Positions 1-9,301 of a DNA stretch of 64,000 nt are shown one piece after another. Each line of letters opens with the position of its first letter. Positions within the stretch are counted from its first letter, which is position 1. Made by a program: the position numbers and the translations under genes. This DNA is from an uncultured Rivularia sp. (GTDB taxonomy: Bacteria > Cyanobacteriota > Cyanobacteriia > Cyanobacteriales > Nostocaceae): contig OY762007.1 in NCBI GenBank assembly GCA_963665115.1, positions 6,304,001-6,368,000 on the forward strand, read 5' to 3'. Under the pieces are notes generated by a model. It made no database searches and was not told where the DNA came from. It saw only the letters and a program-made list of their open reading frames with translations.

Positions 1-1222
1 AAAAAACGTCCGCAGGGTCGGCGGAACGAAGTTTGGTAGTAGCAATTGCACCGGAAACAGCGCACATAACTACAGTTAAAATAAAAACTTGTATAGCTAC
101 ACTAGCTTTCATGGCGAGAGGAATTTTTGTTAAGGTAACTAATAGTTGATAAAGTCCGGTGGAAATGAAGTAGCCGGGAATAAAACCCATAATAGCTAAG
201 ATAACGGCTTCTTGAATCACTACAAACAATAAATAATTGTCGCTGTAACCCATTGCTTTCAAAGTCGCGTATTCTGAAAGATGGTCGTTGATGTCGGAAT
301 AAAGCACTTGATAAACAATAATTACACCAACAACAAAACCAACAGCAGTACCGAATCTTAAAACAATTCCATTCGGCTCTGATGACTCAAACTTTTGCTC
401 TCTAGCAATTAATTCTTCACGGGTATGTATTTCTATATCCGGGGGAAGAATGGCTCTTATTTGGGCTTTAACTTGATTAATATTAGCGCCTTTTTCTAAA
501 AAAACTAAACCTAAGCTGACATTATTTAAAACTCCACTTCCGCGACGTTGGGAGTAATTCCAGTCGCTCATTATTACATTACCATTAGTAAATAAAGTAC
601 TACCCATATCAAAAAGTCCAACAATATGAGTTCGATGATTATCTACTAAAGTTGTTAATTGTCCCCGTTGTTTATATAATTCTGGAACTTCTCCCAAAGA
701 ACTTTGAGATAAACTATCATATAATATCGATGATGGCATTCTCAATTTATCTATTTGTTGTTGTACATCTGGTAAATTCAAAGAATTAGATTTCGCTGGA
801 TTAAAAGCAATAATTCTGACTTGTTTACCAAAGCGTTCCATTGTTTTAAGCGAGGAATCATCCTTGTTATTTGCTAATAAAAATTCAGGATTTAACCATT
901 CACCCGTATCAAGATAAACCGAAGTTGTATCAGCAACACCATCTACAGCAGAAGCTTGATAAATATAAGCGCGGGGAAAAGAAGTATTCCATCTTAATGT
1001 AGGGCTGAATGAAGAAACCAAGAATAAATCACCCCCCAAACTTTCATGCAGTTTAGTTGTTCCCTCAGTGAGCATTTTTAATAATCCTACCTGAGTAAAC
1101 ATCAAAATATTCGCAAAGCAAACCCCCGTAGTCGCAACAATTAAACGTACCTTTTGGTGCGACAATTGCGACCAAGCAAGCGGGATTTCAAAGTTAAATT
1201 TTTTAAAAAAAGGAAGTTTCAT
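1..1222 (-). CDS. devC: DevC-family ABC exporter permease (FtsX-like); stop codon just outside window
   Basis: Manual translation from ATG at 1222: MKLPFFKKFNFEIPLAWSQLSHQKVRLIVATTGVCFANILMFTQVG...GFVVGVIIVYQVLYSDINDHLSEYATLKAMGYSD...KLRSADPADVF, the typical DevC N- and C-termini. Absent from the ORF track because it runs off the edge. Confidence 0.9.
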   Translation of the reverse strand, partial: MKLPFFKKFNFEIPLAWSQLSHQKVRLIVATTGVCFANILMFTQVGLLKMLTEGTTKLHESLGGDLFLVSSFSPTLRWNTSFPRAYIYQASAVDGVADTTSVYLDTGEWLNPEFLLANNKDDSSLKTMERFGKQVRIIAFNPAKSNSLNLPDVQQQIDKLRMPSSILYDSLSQSSLGEVPELYKQRGQLTTLVDNHRTHIVGLFDMGSTLFTNGNVIMSDWNYSQRRGSGVLNNVSLGLVFLEKGANINQVKAQIRAILPPDIEIHTREELIAREQKFESSEPNGIVLRFGTAVGFVVGVIIVYQVLYSDINDHLSEYATLKAMGYSDNYLLFVVIQEAVILAIMGFIPGYFISTGLYQLLVTLTKIPLAMKASVAIQVFILTVVMCAVSGAIATTKLRSADPADVF

Positions 1223-1226
1223 ATAA

Positions 1227-1475
1227 GAGTTAGGAGTTAGGAATTAGGAATTAGGAATTAGGAATTATGAGGATCGAAAGTGTAGAGACGTAGCAGTGCT
1301 ACGTCTGTTATTGAGTTAGGAGTTAGGAGTTAGGAGTGAGTAGTAAGTAGTAAGTAGCGAGTAGCGAGTTAGGAACTAATTTCTCCCTATCTCCCCATCT
1401 CCCCCTCTACCCTCTCTTCCCCCTCTCCCCCCTCTTCCCCCTCTTCCCCCTCTCTCCTAGTCCCCTTCTCCCTTC
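1227..1475. repeat. STRR heptamer tracts (GAGTTAG/GAATTAG, AGTAAGT), a GTAGAGACG REP-like palindrome and a CCCCTCT-rich tract
   Basis: Tandem GGAATTA/GGAGTTA copies; GTAGAGACGTAGCAGTGCTACGTCT near 1282; pyrimidine-rich 9-mer repeats overlapping the devB 3' end. Confidence 0.8.
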
Positions 1476-2685
1476 TTCCCCACTAGTCTCGATTTCCACA
1501 CGAACTTGCATCCCCGTCAAATTAGCAACTTTCGGGCTATCTTCTGGAGCTATACGAATTTTTACTTCTACAACACGAGCGTTAACGTCAGTTGTAGGAT
1601 TATTCTGACCTTGGCTAAGTCGAGTTTTGCCGATTTGTAAACCAATTTCTTCGACTTCTCCGGTAATTTCTTGTTGAAAACCACCGTATTCGCTGTTAAT
1701 AGTGGCTTTTTGTGCTGCTTTCACCTTTAATATATCGCTTTCATAGACTTCTGCAATTACGTACATTTGCTTTGTCTGTCCGAGTTTCTGCAATTCCCTC
1801 TTGTGTATTTACTTGTTCCCCGACACGAGTATTGATTCTCAGAATTTGTCCTGCTATGGGTACTTTTACTTGGGTATCAGCTAGTTCTGCTTTGCGCTGT
1901 TGTACCTGTATTAATGCTTGCTCTAACTCGGCTCTAGCTATGTCTATATCTACCGGAAGAACTTCCTGTAATTTCTGTAAATTGGCTTTTTCTTTTGCTA
2001 ATTGTGCTTGCAGCACGGATTTCGCATTTTCAAAACTTGCTTGAGTTTGTGCAAATATTGCACGGGTTCGTTCAAGTTCTTCTCGTGCATTATCTAGTTC
2101 GGAACTGCTAATTGCTCCTTCCTTTGCTAAAGAATTATTACGTTTGTATTTTTGTTGAGCATTAGTGAGCGTTGCTTGTGCTTCAGTAATTGCAGCTGCT
2201 TTTTCTTTGATCTCACTCTGCAATCTTGCTTCGAGTTCTGAAATTACTGCTTTTTGAGCTAATACTTCCCCTTGTTTAAAATCTCCCTGTTGAACTTTTT
2301 GTAATTGGGAGCGTTTGATTGCTACATTTGCCATTGCATCTCGCAGTTGTTGTTCTGCTCTGTCTCTTCCCTGTAAAATAGCAATTACTTGGTTAGCTCT
2401 AACTAAATCACCTTCTTTTACCAGAATTTGATTGACGCGACTGTCGCGAGCATTGACTACGGATATTTTGATAACCTCACCTTGGGGAACTAATCTCCCT
2501 AAAGCTACTACTTGGCTATTAGAGACAAGCTTGATTTCTTTGGCAGGTGTTTCTTGTTTATCTTGCGCTTTTCCTAAATTGCAAGCAGTACACAAACCTA
2601 AAAGAGCGAGAATTGTTGCTAATTTTACGTACTTTCCAGCAAGAATAGATACCATTAAAGAAGTTCTATGTTGTGGCTGAAGCAT
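1407..2685 (-). CDS. devB: DevB-family membrane fusion protein (HlyD-like), split by a +1 frameshift at ~1786
   Basis: VVALGRLVPQGEVIKIS, ILVKEGDLVRANQVIAIL, coiled coil, VKVPIAGQILRIN; removing one base joins EGIAE to LGQTKQMYVIAEVYESDI...RVVEVKIRI; adjacent to devC. Confidence 0.88.
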
Positions 2686-2989
2686 AATTTTAGGTCAATA
2701 AATAGCTGTAAATTCTCGTCAGACTGTTGAACTTTTTGTGATTTGTATTACAATTTTATCAAAAAGTAATCAAAAAAAATATATGTTGTAAGATTGATTA
2801 TAGGTATAGTTATTCATTCCAAACAAACTTATAATGTTTCTTATTAAATTAGTATTGATTGCTAAATAAATTGACAGCATTTATACTCATTAAATATGGT
2901 TAACAATTCGTTTGAATCAGTGCAAATCATTACTAGCTATTGTTGTTAAATATACCTTTTGATGTTAATTTAAGAAAAGAGAAAGGGAA

Positions 2990-3132
2990 TAGACATCTCC
3001 GGAAAACATTTACTTCGTTGCATACCTAACCCCCCTACCCCCCTTCCCTACCAGGGAAGTGGGGTTTTAAAGCCTCTCTCCCTGTGGGGGAGAGGTTTGG
3101 AGAGGGGTTTTTTTCTTTTCCGGAGATGTCTA
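2990..3132. mobile_element. MITE-like element with 17-bp terminal inverted repeats
   Basis: TAGACATCTCCGGAAAA (2990-3006) and TTTTCCGGAGATGTCTA (3116-3132) are exact inverted copies ending in TA; internal GC-rich hairpins. Confidence 0.65.
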
Positions 3133-3205
3133 ATATTTTAGAAGTTATCCCTTATCTCGTTAAATAGGTTTGTTGAGAAAAATACACATTAAACTCAATA
3201 TTGGC

Positions 3206-3218
3206 TATTATTGCATAG
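3206..3218 (-). promoter_or_regulatory. Copy 1 of shared motif CTRTGCAATAATA (possible extended -10), upstream of devB
   Basis: TATTATTGCATAG on + strand; near-identical copies at 11794-11806 and 49675-49687. Confidence 0.45.
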
Positions 3219-3534
3219 GTAATGCCGGTAAAACACCTTATCTAGATTACCAACTGAGAAAAATATTGGTTTTTCGACATTGCATATTTTCATTGATGTA
3301 GAGACGTAGCATTGCTACGTCTCCCCAACGCTGTCATCTACAACCAATCAATCAAAACCAACCCAACCATCGGACACCAAAATTTAACTGCGATTACAAA
3401 TAGATTGGTAATTGGTAATTGGTAATTGGGCATTGGGCATTGGGCATTGGTAAAAATTTTTTCTCCCCCTCTCCCCCTCTCCCCCTCTGCCCTTCGGCCT
3501 TCTCTGCCCCCTCTGCCCCCTCCGCTCCCTCTGC

Positions 3535-4272
3535 TTACCCTTTAATAGATTGAGTGCATTCCGAATATAAAAGTTGAAGAAGTTGGGAACGTGCGGAATT
3601 TATGAAAAAGTGGTTTCCCGGTAGCATATGTAGATTAAAATTATTATTCGTTTGAGAATCCCAAGCAGCTAAGTCTTCGCGGCTGGCTTCGGTATCTTCT
3701 AATCCACCAAAGGCTGTAATCGGACAGCTTAAAGGTGGTTCATTATAGTAATTATAAGTTTCAATCACCGCAAAATCTGCCCGTAAAGTTGGCATTAAAA
3801 GCGCCATAAGTTCGTCATTCGCAAGTATTTCTTCTGGGGTACCGTTCAAGTTACGTAATTCTTCAACAAACTCAGCATCCGGTAAGTCATGAATCGGTGG
3901 CTTGGTTTTAGGAAGTTGAGGGGCACGGTTAGCACAAACAAATAAATGCTGGGGATACAATTGATAATCTCGCCGCAAATGACGAGTTAGTTCAAATGCA
4001 ATTAAACTACCCATGCTGTAACCGAAGAAAGCAAAAGGTTGGTTGAGATGAGGGATTATAGCGGGTTTAAGTTGTTCAATTAAAGTTTCAATGCGGGTGA
4101 AAGCAGGTTCGCTCAATCTTCTTTCCCTTCCGGGTAGTTGAATTAGATAAACTTCAACTATAGGAGATAATTCCTGTGCCCAGTTACGAAAACTCAGGGT
4201 TCCACCTCCTGCGTGATGGAAGCAAAATAGCTTTAGCTGTGGGTTGGGATTGGTTTTGGGGCAGATAATCAT
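3535..4272 (-). CDS. Type II thioesterase (GrsT-like)
   Basis: LFCFHHAGGG, IQLPGRERR, GYSMG nucleophile motif, LRADF, PGNHFF. Confidence 0.92.
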   Translation of the reverse strand: MIICPKTNPNPQLKLFCFHHAGGGTLSFRNWAQELSPIVEVYLIQLPGRERRLSEPAFTRIETLIEQLKPAIIPHLNQPFAFFGYSMGSLIAFELTRHLRRDYQLYPQHLFVCANRAPQLPKTKPPIHDLPDAEFVEELRNLNGTPEEILANDELMALLMPTLRADFAVIETYNYYNEPPLSCPITAFGGLEDTEASREDLAAWDSQTNNNFNLHMLPGNHFFINSARSQLLQLLYSECTQSIKG

Positions 4273-4472
4273 GGGAATGGGGAGGGGGAATTGGGAGTAG
4301 CAAGTAATAAGTAATAAGTAATAAGTAATAAGTAATGAGTAAAAGTTTCGAGAACATCCTATAAAGATATTAGATATATAGTAAGTAATTAGCCGGAATA
4401 AGTATAATATTTAATTCGCTAACATCCATCTTAATAATAAGAGAGAAGTAATTCCGAACTGCTCTATACTCC

Positions 4473-5693
4473 CTACTCTTTACTTACTACTTTATACCTG
4501 TAACCAAGCTTTCTAAAATCCAACACCGAGGCTGGTGTAACGACTTCTTTCACTTTTATCAATAAAGATTTAATATTATTTAGTCCATAATCTCCAGGCT
4601 CAGATAATCCTCCATCCCAGGGCCACATTGGATCGTGAAGTTTATGTCCAAAAGGTACGTTTTTGGAGGGATAGAATTTTTCTCCGGTATGTCCTTTGTC
4701 TTGCCACTCTGCCCACAAACGGTCTACGTTGGAGTGAATTAACCAGAAAATTGGGTCGTAGGGGGAACTAGGAATGCTATCCATTGTACCCAAGATGCTG
4801 GTTTGTCTCATGGGGTTATCTTTATCGATGATGCTACCGCCGATAATTGAGTGAGCGCAAGCGTGTAATGTCCAACCTGGAATATATTCACCTTGGTTAA
4901 GTGTTAATGCTCCTTCTATTAATGCATTAAATATTTCGTAATTGTGGAATTTGAAAAGTTGTTCTATCGATGCTTTGGGTATGGGAGAATTACAAGGAGG
5001 CATCCCTACAAATCTAACTAATTTTGTTCCTAAAGATTTCATTCTAATCGGGTCAAAATGAATATTTTCGTTGAGTTTCCAGTCAGCGAAATTACCACTA
5101 GAAACAGCACCTCCTGTAAATTTACCAATACCAGGAATATCGATTGTGCTTCCTTTTCCGTTAGGACCTAAAAAGTCTTCTTGTAATATTACATCTAATG
5201 CTTTGGCATCAGTCCAATCCCAGTAAGGAACAGTTACAGTAGAATCAATCTTCTGTAATTCTTGCTCGAATTGATATAAAAATTGACGGTGCCAAGGTAA
5301 AAATGCTGGCTGTGCGTGAGCGGGATTTCCTTCGGCTTTCCCCGTCGCTCCCAATTTCTTACGAAACCCCATTGTTAAGACGTGTTGCAGCACAAATTGG
5401 TCGTAGAGGCTGATTTTGCTGTCTTTCGGAAATGTATTTTTTAATTTTTTGACTGCTTTTACAAAAGCTTGTTTTTCTGCTGGTGTGAGTTGAGTGACGC
5501 TTTTACGTATCTGGAGGTTATTGTTGGAAACAGTTTGGGGATAGATTAATTGTGGTACTTCTGCTGTTGGTGATGGGGGATGATAATAGCCGGAGTTGGA
5601 AAATATTCGATAAATTATAAAAATTATTATGGTTGTGATTATGGCTATTAGCGCAAATTTAATTAATGGTTTTTTTTTAATAAGATGAATCAT
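4473..5693 (-). CDS. Tyrosinase/catechol oxidase (type 3 copper) with N-terminal membrane anchor
   Basis: CuA LQH...PAHAQPAFLPWHRQFL, VPYWDW; CuB LHACAHSIIGG...SPYDPIFWLIHSNVDRLW; hydrophobic FALIAIITTIIIFIIY after basic residues. Confidence 0.92.
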   Translation of the reverse strand: MIHLIKKKPLIKFALIAIITTIIIFIIYRIFSNSGYYHPPSPTAEVPQLIYPQTVSNNNLQIRKSVTQLTPAEKQAFVKAVKKLKNTFPKDSKISLYDQFVLQHVLTMGFRKKLGATGKAEGNPAHAQPAFLPWHRQFLYQFEQELQKIDSTVTVPYWDWTDAKALDVILQEDFLGPNGKGSTIDIPGIGKFTGGAVSSGNFADWKLNENIHFDPIRMKSLGTKLVRFVGMPPCNSPIPKASIEQLFKFHNYEIFNALIEGALTLNQGEYIPGWTLHACAHSIIGGSIIDKDNPMRQTSILGTMDSIPSSPYDPIFWLIHSNVDRLWAEWQDKGHTGEKFYPSKNVPFGHKLHDPMWPWDGGLSEPGDYGLNNIKSLLIKVKEVVTPASVLDFRKLGYRYKVVSKE

Positions 5694-5727
5694 AAATCAA
5701 TTATCAATTATGGGATTATTAAGGTTA

Positions 5728-5775
5728 GTAGTAGGGGCTTTAGCCCTTCGATATGAGGACTAAAGTCCTTACTAC
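5728..5775. repeat. GTAG-type REP doublet (hairpin)
   Basis: GTAGTAGGGGCTTTAGCCCT ... AGGACTAAAGTCCTTACTAC imperfect inverted pair. Confidence 0.6.
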
Positions 5776-5832
5776 AAACCCTGTATTTTTCAACAATCTA
5801 TGGATAACTTTTATATCTTTTATCTGTATTTT

Positions 5833-7011
5833 TCATTGTTCACTGTTAAAAGTTAATATCAACAATATAATTGCTGCAACTGCAAATCCACTACTAACCA
5901 TAAATGTTGTCTGAGAACCAACTTTTTCCCATAATGTCCCTGCTAGAAGACTTGCGGGTAATAGTGCAATCCCCGTAACGAGGTTAATCGCACCGAATGC
6001 TGTACCTCGTAAGTTTTCGGGAACTCTGTCTGCAACTAATGCTAATAATAAGCCTTGAGTTTTACCTAAATATAAACCGCAAAGTGCAAAGAGTATCCAA
6101 ATTTGCCAAGCTGTTTGGGCAATTGCAAAACCAAAATAAACTAGGGCAAATAAGGTAAATCCGCTGACTAATAATCCTTTACGACCTATTCTATCTGAAA
6201 GTACGCCGATGGGATAAGCACTTAATCCATAGGTGATATTCATGACTACAAAACTTAAGGGAATAAGATTTGTAGAAATTCCTATTTCTTTTGCTCGTAA
6301 TAATAGAAATGCGTCGCTAAAGTTTCCTAAGTTAAATAATAACGCTACTGCTAATAACATCCAGTAACTTTTCCCCAAACTTTGAATAGCACTCCACTGT
6401 AAGGGATTGCGTCTTTGATGAGAGGTTCTGGGAGCTTCTTTTACGCCAAGAGTGAGAAGTGCGATCGCCATTAATCCCGGTATCGCAGCACACCAAAAGA
6501 CTAAGCGAAAATTCTGATTTGAATAGAATAATAATCCAGCAGCAATAAGTGGTCCGCTAAAAGCACCAATGGTATCCAGAGATTGACGCAAACCATAAGC
6601 AGCACCACGTTGAGGAGGTGGTGTTACATCGGCAACTAATGCATTGCGGGGAGCAACCCGAATTCCTTTACCTACCCTATCTGCAAAACGAGCTAATAAA
6701 ACCCAAGCGGGAGTTGTCGCAATTGCAAATAATGGAGTTACCAACGCTGATAATCCATATCCGGTTACAGCTAATTCTTTGCGTCTTCCCCAGTAATCGC
6801 TCAAAGCACCGGAAAAGATTTTTAAAACAGAAGCGGTAGATTCTGCAACACCTTCAATTACACCTACCGTGACTAAATTCGTCCCTAAAACAGAAACCAA
6901 AAACAAAGGTAAGATAGACTGAACCATCTTAGAATTAACGTCGGTTAGTAAGCTGACGAAGCCTAAAAACCAAACATTACGAGGAAGCTTTTGAGCGAGT
7001 AGTGCTTTCAC
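5833..7011 (-). CDS. MFS transporter
   Basis: About 12 hydrophobic segments; motif A GALSDYWGRRK and GVLSDRIGRK; GTG start overlaps the stop of the upstream heme-protein gene (GTGA). Confidence 0.92.
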   Translation of the reverse strand: MKALLAQKLPRNVWFLGFVSLLTDVNSKMVQSILPLFLVSVLGTNLVTVGVIEGVAESTASVLKIFSGALSDYWGRRKELAVTGYGLSALVTPLFAIATTPAWVLLARFADRVGKGIRVAPRNALVADVTPPPQRGAAYGLRQSLDTIGAFSGPLIAAGLLFYSNQNFRLVFWCAAIPGLMAIALLTLGVKEAPRTSHQRRNPLQWSAIQSLGKSYWMLLAVALLFNLGNFSDAFLLLRAKEIGISTNLIPLSFVVMNITYGLSAYPIGVLSDRIGRKGLLVSGFTLFALVYFGFAIAQTAWQIWILFALCGLYLGKTQGLLLALVADRVPENLRGTAFGAINLVTGIALLPASLLAGTLWEKVGSQTTFMVSSGFAVAAIILLILTFNSEQ

Positions 7012-7584
7012 GAGTTTTTATGACGATGGTGAAAAGGACAGCGATTAATAGATTTATTGTTAGGATCTATATGCTTGGTGCGAATTTGTCCGAACTTATT
7101 TAGAGTATCAACTGCCGAGCCTTTTTCAAACCGTAGACTACCTGCTTCATCTCCGCCAAATTTTTGACATACGGCTTTATGGTCTGTTACTAATTCAAAA
7201 TATGCTTCTACAAATTTTTGGTGTACGGATTCTAGTCCCCGGCGGTATATTCTTAAATGTAGGACTAAGACGCTTCCACAACTGCATCAAAGTAGCGTGT
7301 TCCCACGACATTAATCCACTAAAGTTGTCAGATTGAACGTAGGGGGGAGACATTTTTGGACGAATATGAGAATCGTATTCCTGTTTGCTGAAACTACCAG
7401 CAAGCTGCATTGATGCACCACTCGCTAACATTAAGTCAGTTGCAGTTTCTAATTCGGTTCGTGCTGTTGTTATATCACCCAGCAGCAAACTAGATTCAAA
7501 ACGACGCAGACAAATAATTAAGGCTTGAACATTAACAAAAAATGACCAGTGAAATCCTTTCCAAATTTCTTGTGTATTTAACAT
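7008..7584 (-). CDS. Small SfmD/LmbB2-like heme-dependent aromatic (tyrosine) hydroxylase, ~191 aa after correcting a +1 frameshift at 7237-7240
   Basis: EYDSHIRPKMSPP...NFSGLMSWEH; corrected frame continues ...PPGLESVHQKFVEAYFELVTDHKAVCQKFGGDEAGSLRF... to TGA at 7008, giving H96-x38-H135-xxx-C139. Confidence 0.7.
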
Positions 7585-7610
7585 TATTACTAATAAATAT
7601 TCATAGGTTT

Positions 7611-7659
7611 GTAGTTGCGCTTTAGCGCTTCTTAGCCGGAAGCGCTGAAGCGCAACTAC
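7611..7659. repeat. GTAG-type REP doublet hairpin
   Basis: GTAGTTGCGCTTTAGCGCTTC ... GAAGCGCTGAAGCGCAACTAC. Confidence 0.65.
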
Positions 7660-7678
7660 GAGCCTTTTTTTATGGGAT

Positions 7679-8146
7679 TTATTCGATAATTTCTAAGTGA
7701 TAAACCCTTGACAATAGAAGAATATAGCTGATGTATCCCTGTTTCTGTCGTTCAATTGCGAGTGAATCGAAATCATTATTCGGCTCGTTTAACAAAATAA
7801 ACATTCGATAAACCGCTAACATTAAACTTTTAACAATACACAAAGCGGGTTGTTGGCTTTCTACATGGTTTACATCAAAATGACCGTCAAAATCTTCAAT
7901 CTGCCAGCTTTTTAGTGCTGTTTTTGAAGAAGATATTTTTGCAGGAAATACATCTGGGGAAGCTAATTTGTATAATTCATCTTTAATAATCACAAGCGCA
8001 TCAGAAGCATCTACTTGTTTTAGCGCTTTCAATATCTGGCTAAGTGCTTGAGACAATTTAACTGTATCAGCTTCACTTAATTTTTCATCAAAAGGTAAAT
8101 CCCAAGGAACAAGCAAATCAAGCTGAAATTCATCATAATTGGCCAT
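7679..8146 (-). CDS. Hypothetical protein in tailoring operon
   Basis: 155-aa ORF with AGAGGA RBS, co-oriented between mbtH and the heme-protein gene; no motif recognised. Confidence 0.75.
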   Translation of the reverse strand: MANYDEFQLDLLVPWDLPFDEKLSEADTVKLSQALSQILKALKQVDASDALVIIKDELYKLASPDVFPAKISSSKTALKSWQIEDFDGHFDVNHVESQQPALCIVKSLMLAVYRMFILLNEPNNDFDSLAIERQKQGYISYILLLSRVYHLEIIE

Positions 8147-8178
8147 GTCCTCTAAGCACTAATATTTTTAGGTTTTAT

Positions 8179-8385
8179 TTAAGTATTAGAGGTAGATGCA
8201 TCCATTTTTTTTCGTAAACTAAGAGGTCGCATATCTGTCCATACTTCTTTAATATAATCTAGACACTCTTGTTTTGTACCTGTTTTCCCAGCCGAACGCC
8301 AACCATAAGGAATCTCACGATATTCAAACCAAATTGAATATTCTTCTTCTTCACTAATTACCACAGTATATATAGTATCTTCCAT
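8179..8385 (-). CDS. mbtH: MbtH-like protein
   Basis: EEEYSIW...IPYGW...[18 protein letters not shown] with the three conserved Trp. Confidence 0.96.
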   Translation of the reverse strand: MEDTIYTVVISEEEEYSIWFEYREIPYGWRSAGKTGTKQECLDYIKEVWTDMRPLSLRKKMDASTSNT

Positions 8386-8440
8386 AATCAGTTATCAGTT
8401 ATCAGTTATCAGTTATCAGTGAACAGTGAGCAGTTATCAA

Positions 8441-8770
8441 TTACCCATTACCAATTACTTCCAAATGTCCTTTACCAGTGAGTGTTTCTAATTCTATATC
8501 AGCAATACATTTTACTGGTACATAATTGAGTGTTAAATTACCAACTATATGAGCAATACCTATTTTTTGCTCGAAGTTAGCTGAACTTAAATCGGAAGCA
8601 TCTTTATCAAATTTTACTCCTAATTCTGTTCCTCCTTTTGTGTTGGTGAATTTGATATGAATATAACCGCGCTCGATACTTTCTTTGAATGCGGTGACGG
8701 TTTTTTCGGGTTTAATGCTAGCTTCTACGGGATGGGAGCCTTGGGATAGTTTTTGTACTAGTTCGTTCAT
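8441..8770 (-). CDS. Small MbtH-associated protein of NRPS clusters, function unknown
   Basis: GYIHIKFTNTKGGTELGV...GNLTLNYVPVKCIADIEL resembles small proteins that neighbour mbtH in cyanobacterial NRPS loci (from recall, not a search). Confidence 0.7.
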   Translation of the reverse strand: MNELVQKLSQGSHPVEASIKPEKTVTAFKESIERGYIHIKFTNTKGGTELGVKFDKDASDLSSANFEQKIGIAHIVGNLTLNYVPVKCIADIELETLTGKGHLEVIGNG

Positions 8771-8843
8771 TTCTTATTTTCTTTTTTAACGCAAAGGGGC
8801 GCGGAGGTTAACGCGGAGGAACACTGAGGTTTCATGAAAGCTG

Positions 8844-8996
8844 GTAGGTTGGGTTAGACGCACTAAAACATTTGATTATTAACTAATAAATGTGATTTGC
8901 GTCGTAACCCAACATTTGAATGTAAGATGTTGGGTTTCGGCGCATTTATATCTTGCGATAATTATCAATATAGTTCGTGCGCTTAACCCAACCTAC
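8844..8996. repeat. REPIN-like element (GTAGGTTGGGTTA ... TAACCCAACCTAC)
   Basis: Terminal inverted GTAG repeats with internal GTAACCCAACA/TGTTGGGTTTC pair; second copy at 37037-37200. Confidence 0.7.
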
Positions 8997-9000
8997 TTCA

Positions 9001-9258
9001 CTAACTACTAACAACTTCATAATTAGGTATTTCAAATTCTAAAAGTTGGTGACAAAATTCTTTCCATTCGTCTGTTACATTATCAAAAATTATATTTTCA
9101 TCTTTATAAATTCCGTCGGTGACAACATAATTTTCTTGTAAATAAAGAACCGAATCTTCTGTAATTTGTTTATTTTCCTGTTGATTTTCTTTCCATTGAT
9201 TAAACTGACGAAACTGTTTTAATAAATATGCTTTACAGTATTTACCCATTGTTGCCAT
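9001..9258 (-). CDS. Small conserved hypothetical protein of NRPS tailoring operon
   Basis: MGKYCKAYLLKQFRQF..W...LYLQENYVVTDGIYKDENIIFD.VTDEWKEFC; AGGAGA RBS. Confidence 0.75.
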   Translation of the reverse strand: MATMGKYCKAYLLKQFRQFNQWKENQQENKQITEDSVLYLQENYVVTDGIYKDENIIFDNVTDEWKEFCHQLLEFEIPNYEVVSS

Positions 9259-9301
9259 TGTTTTCTCCTATAGTTATAATTTATCCCCCCAACCCCCCTT
9301 A

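Noticed and set aside
1227..1475. Possible CRISPR array in repeat-rich intergenic tracts (also ~3405-3535, ~16455-16840, ~28718-28810)
   Set aside because: Tandem 7- and 9-mers without unique spacers; no cas genes
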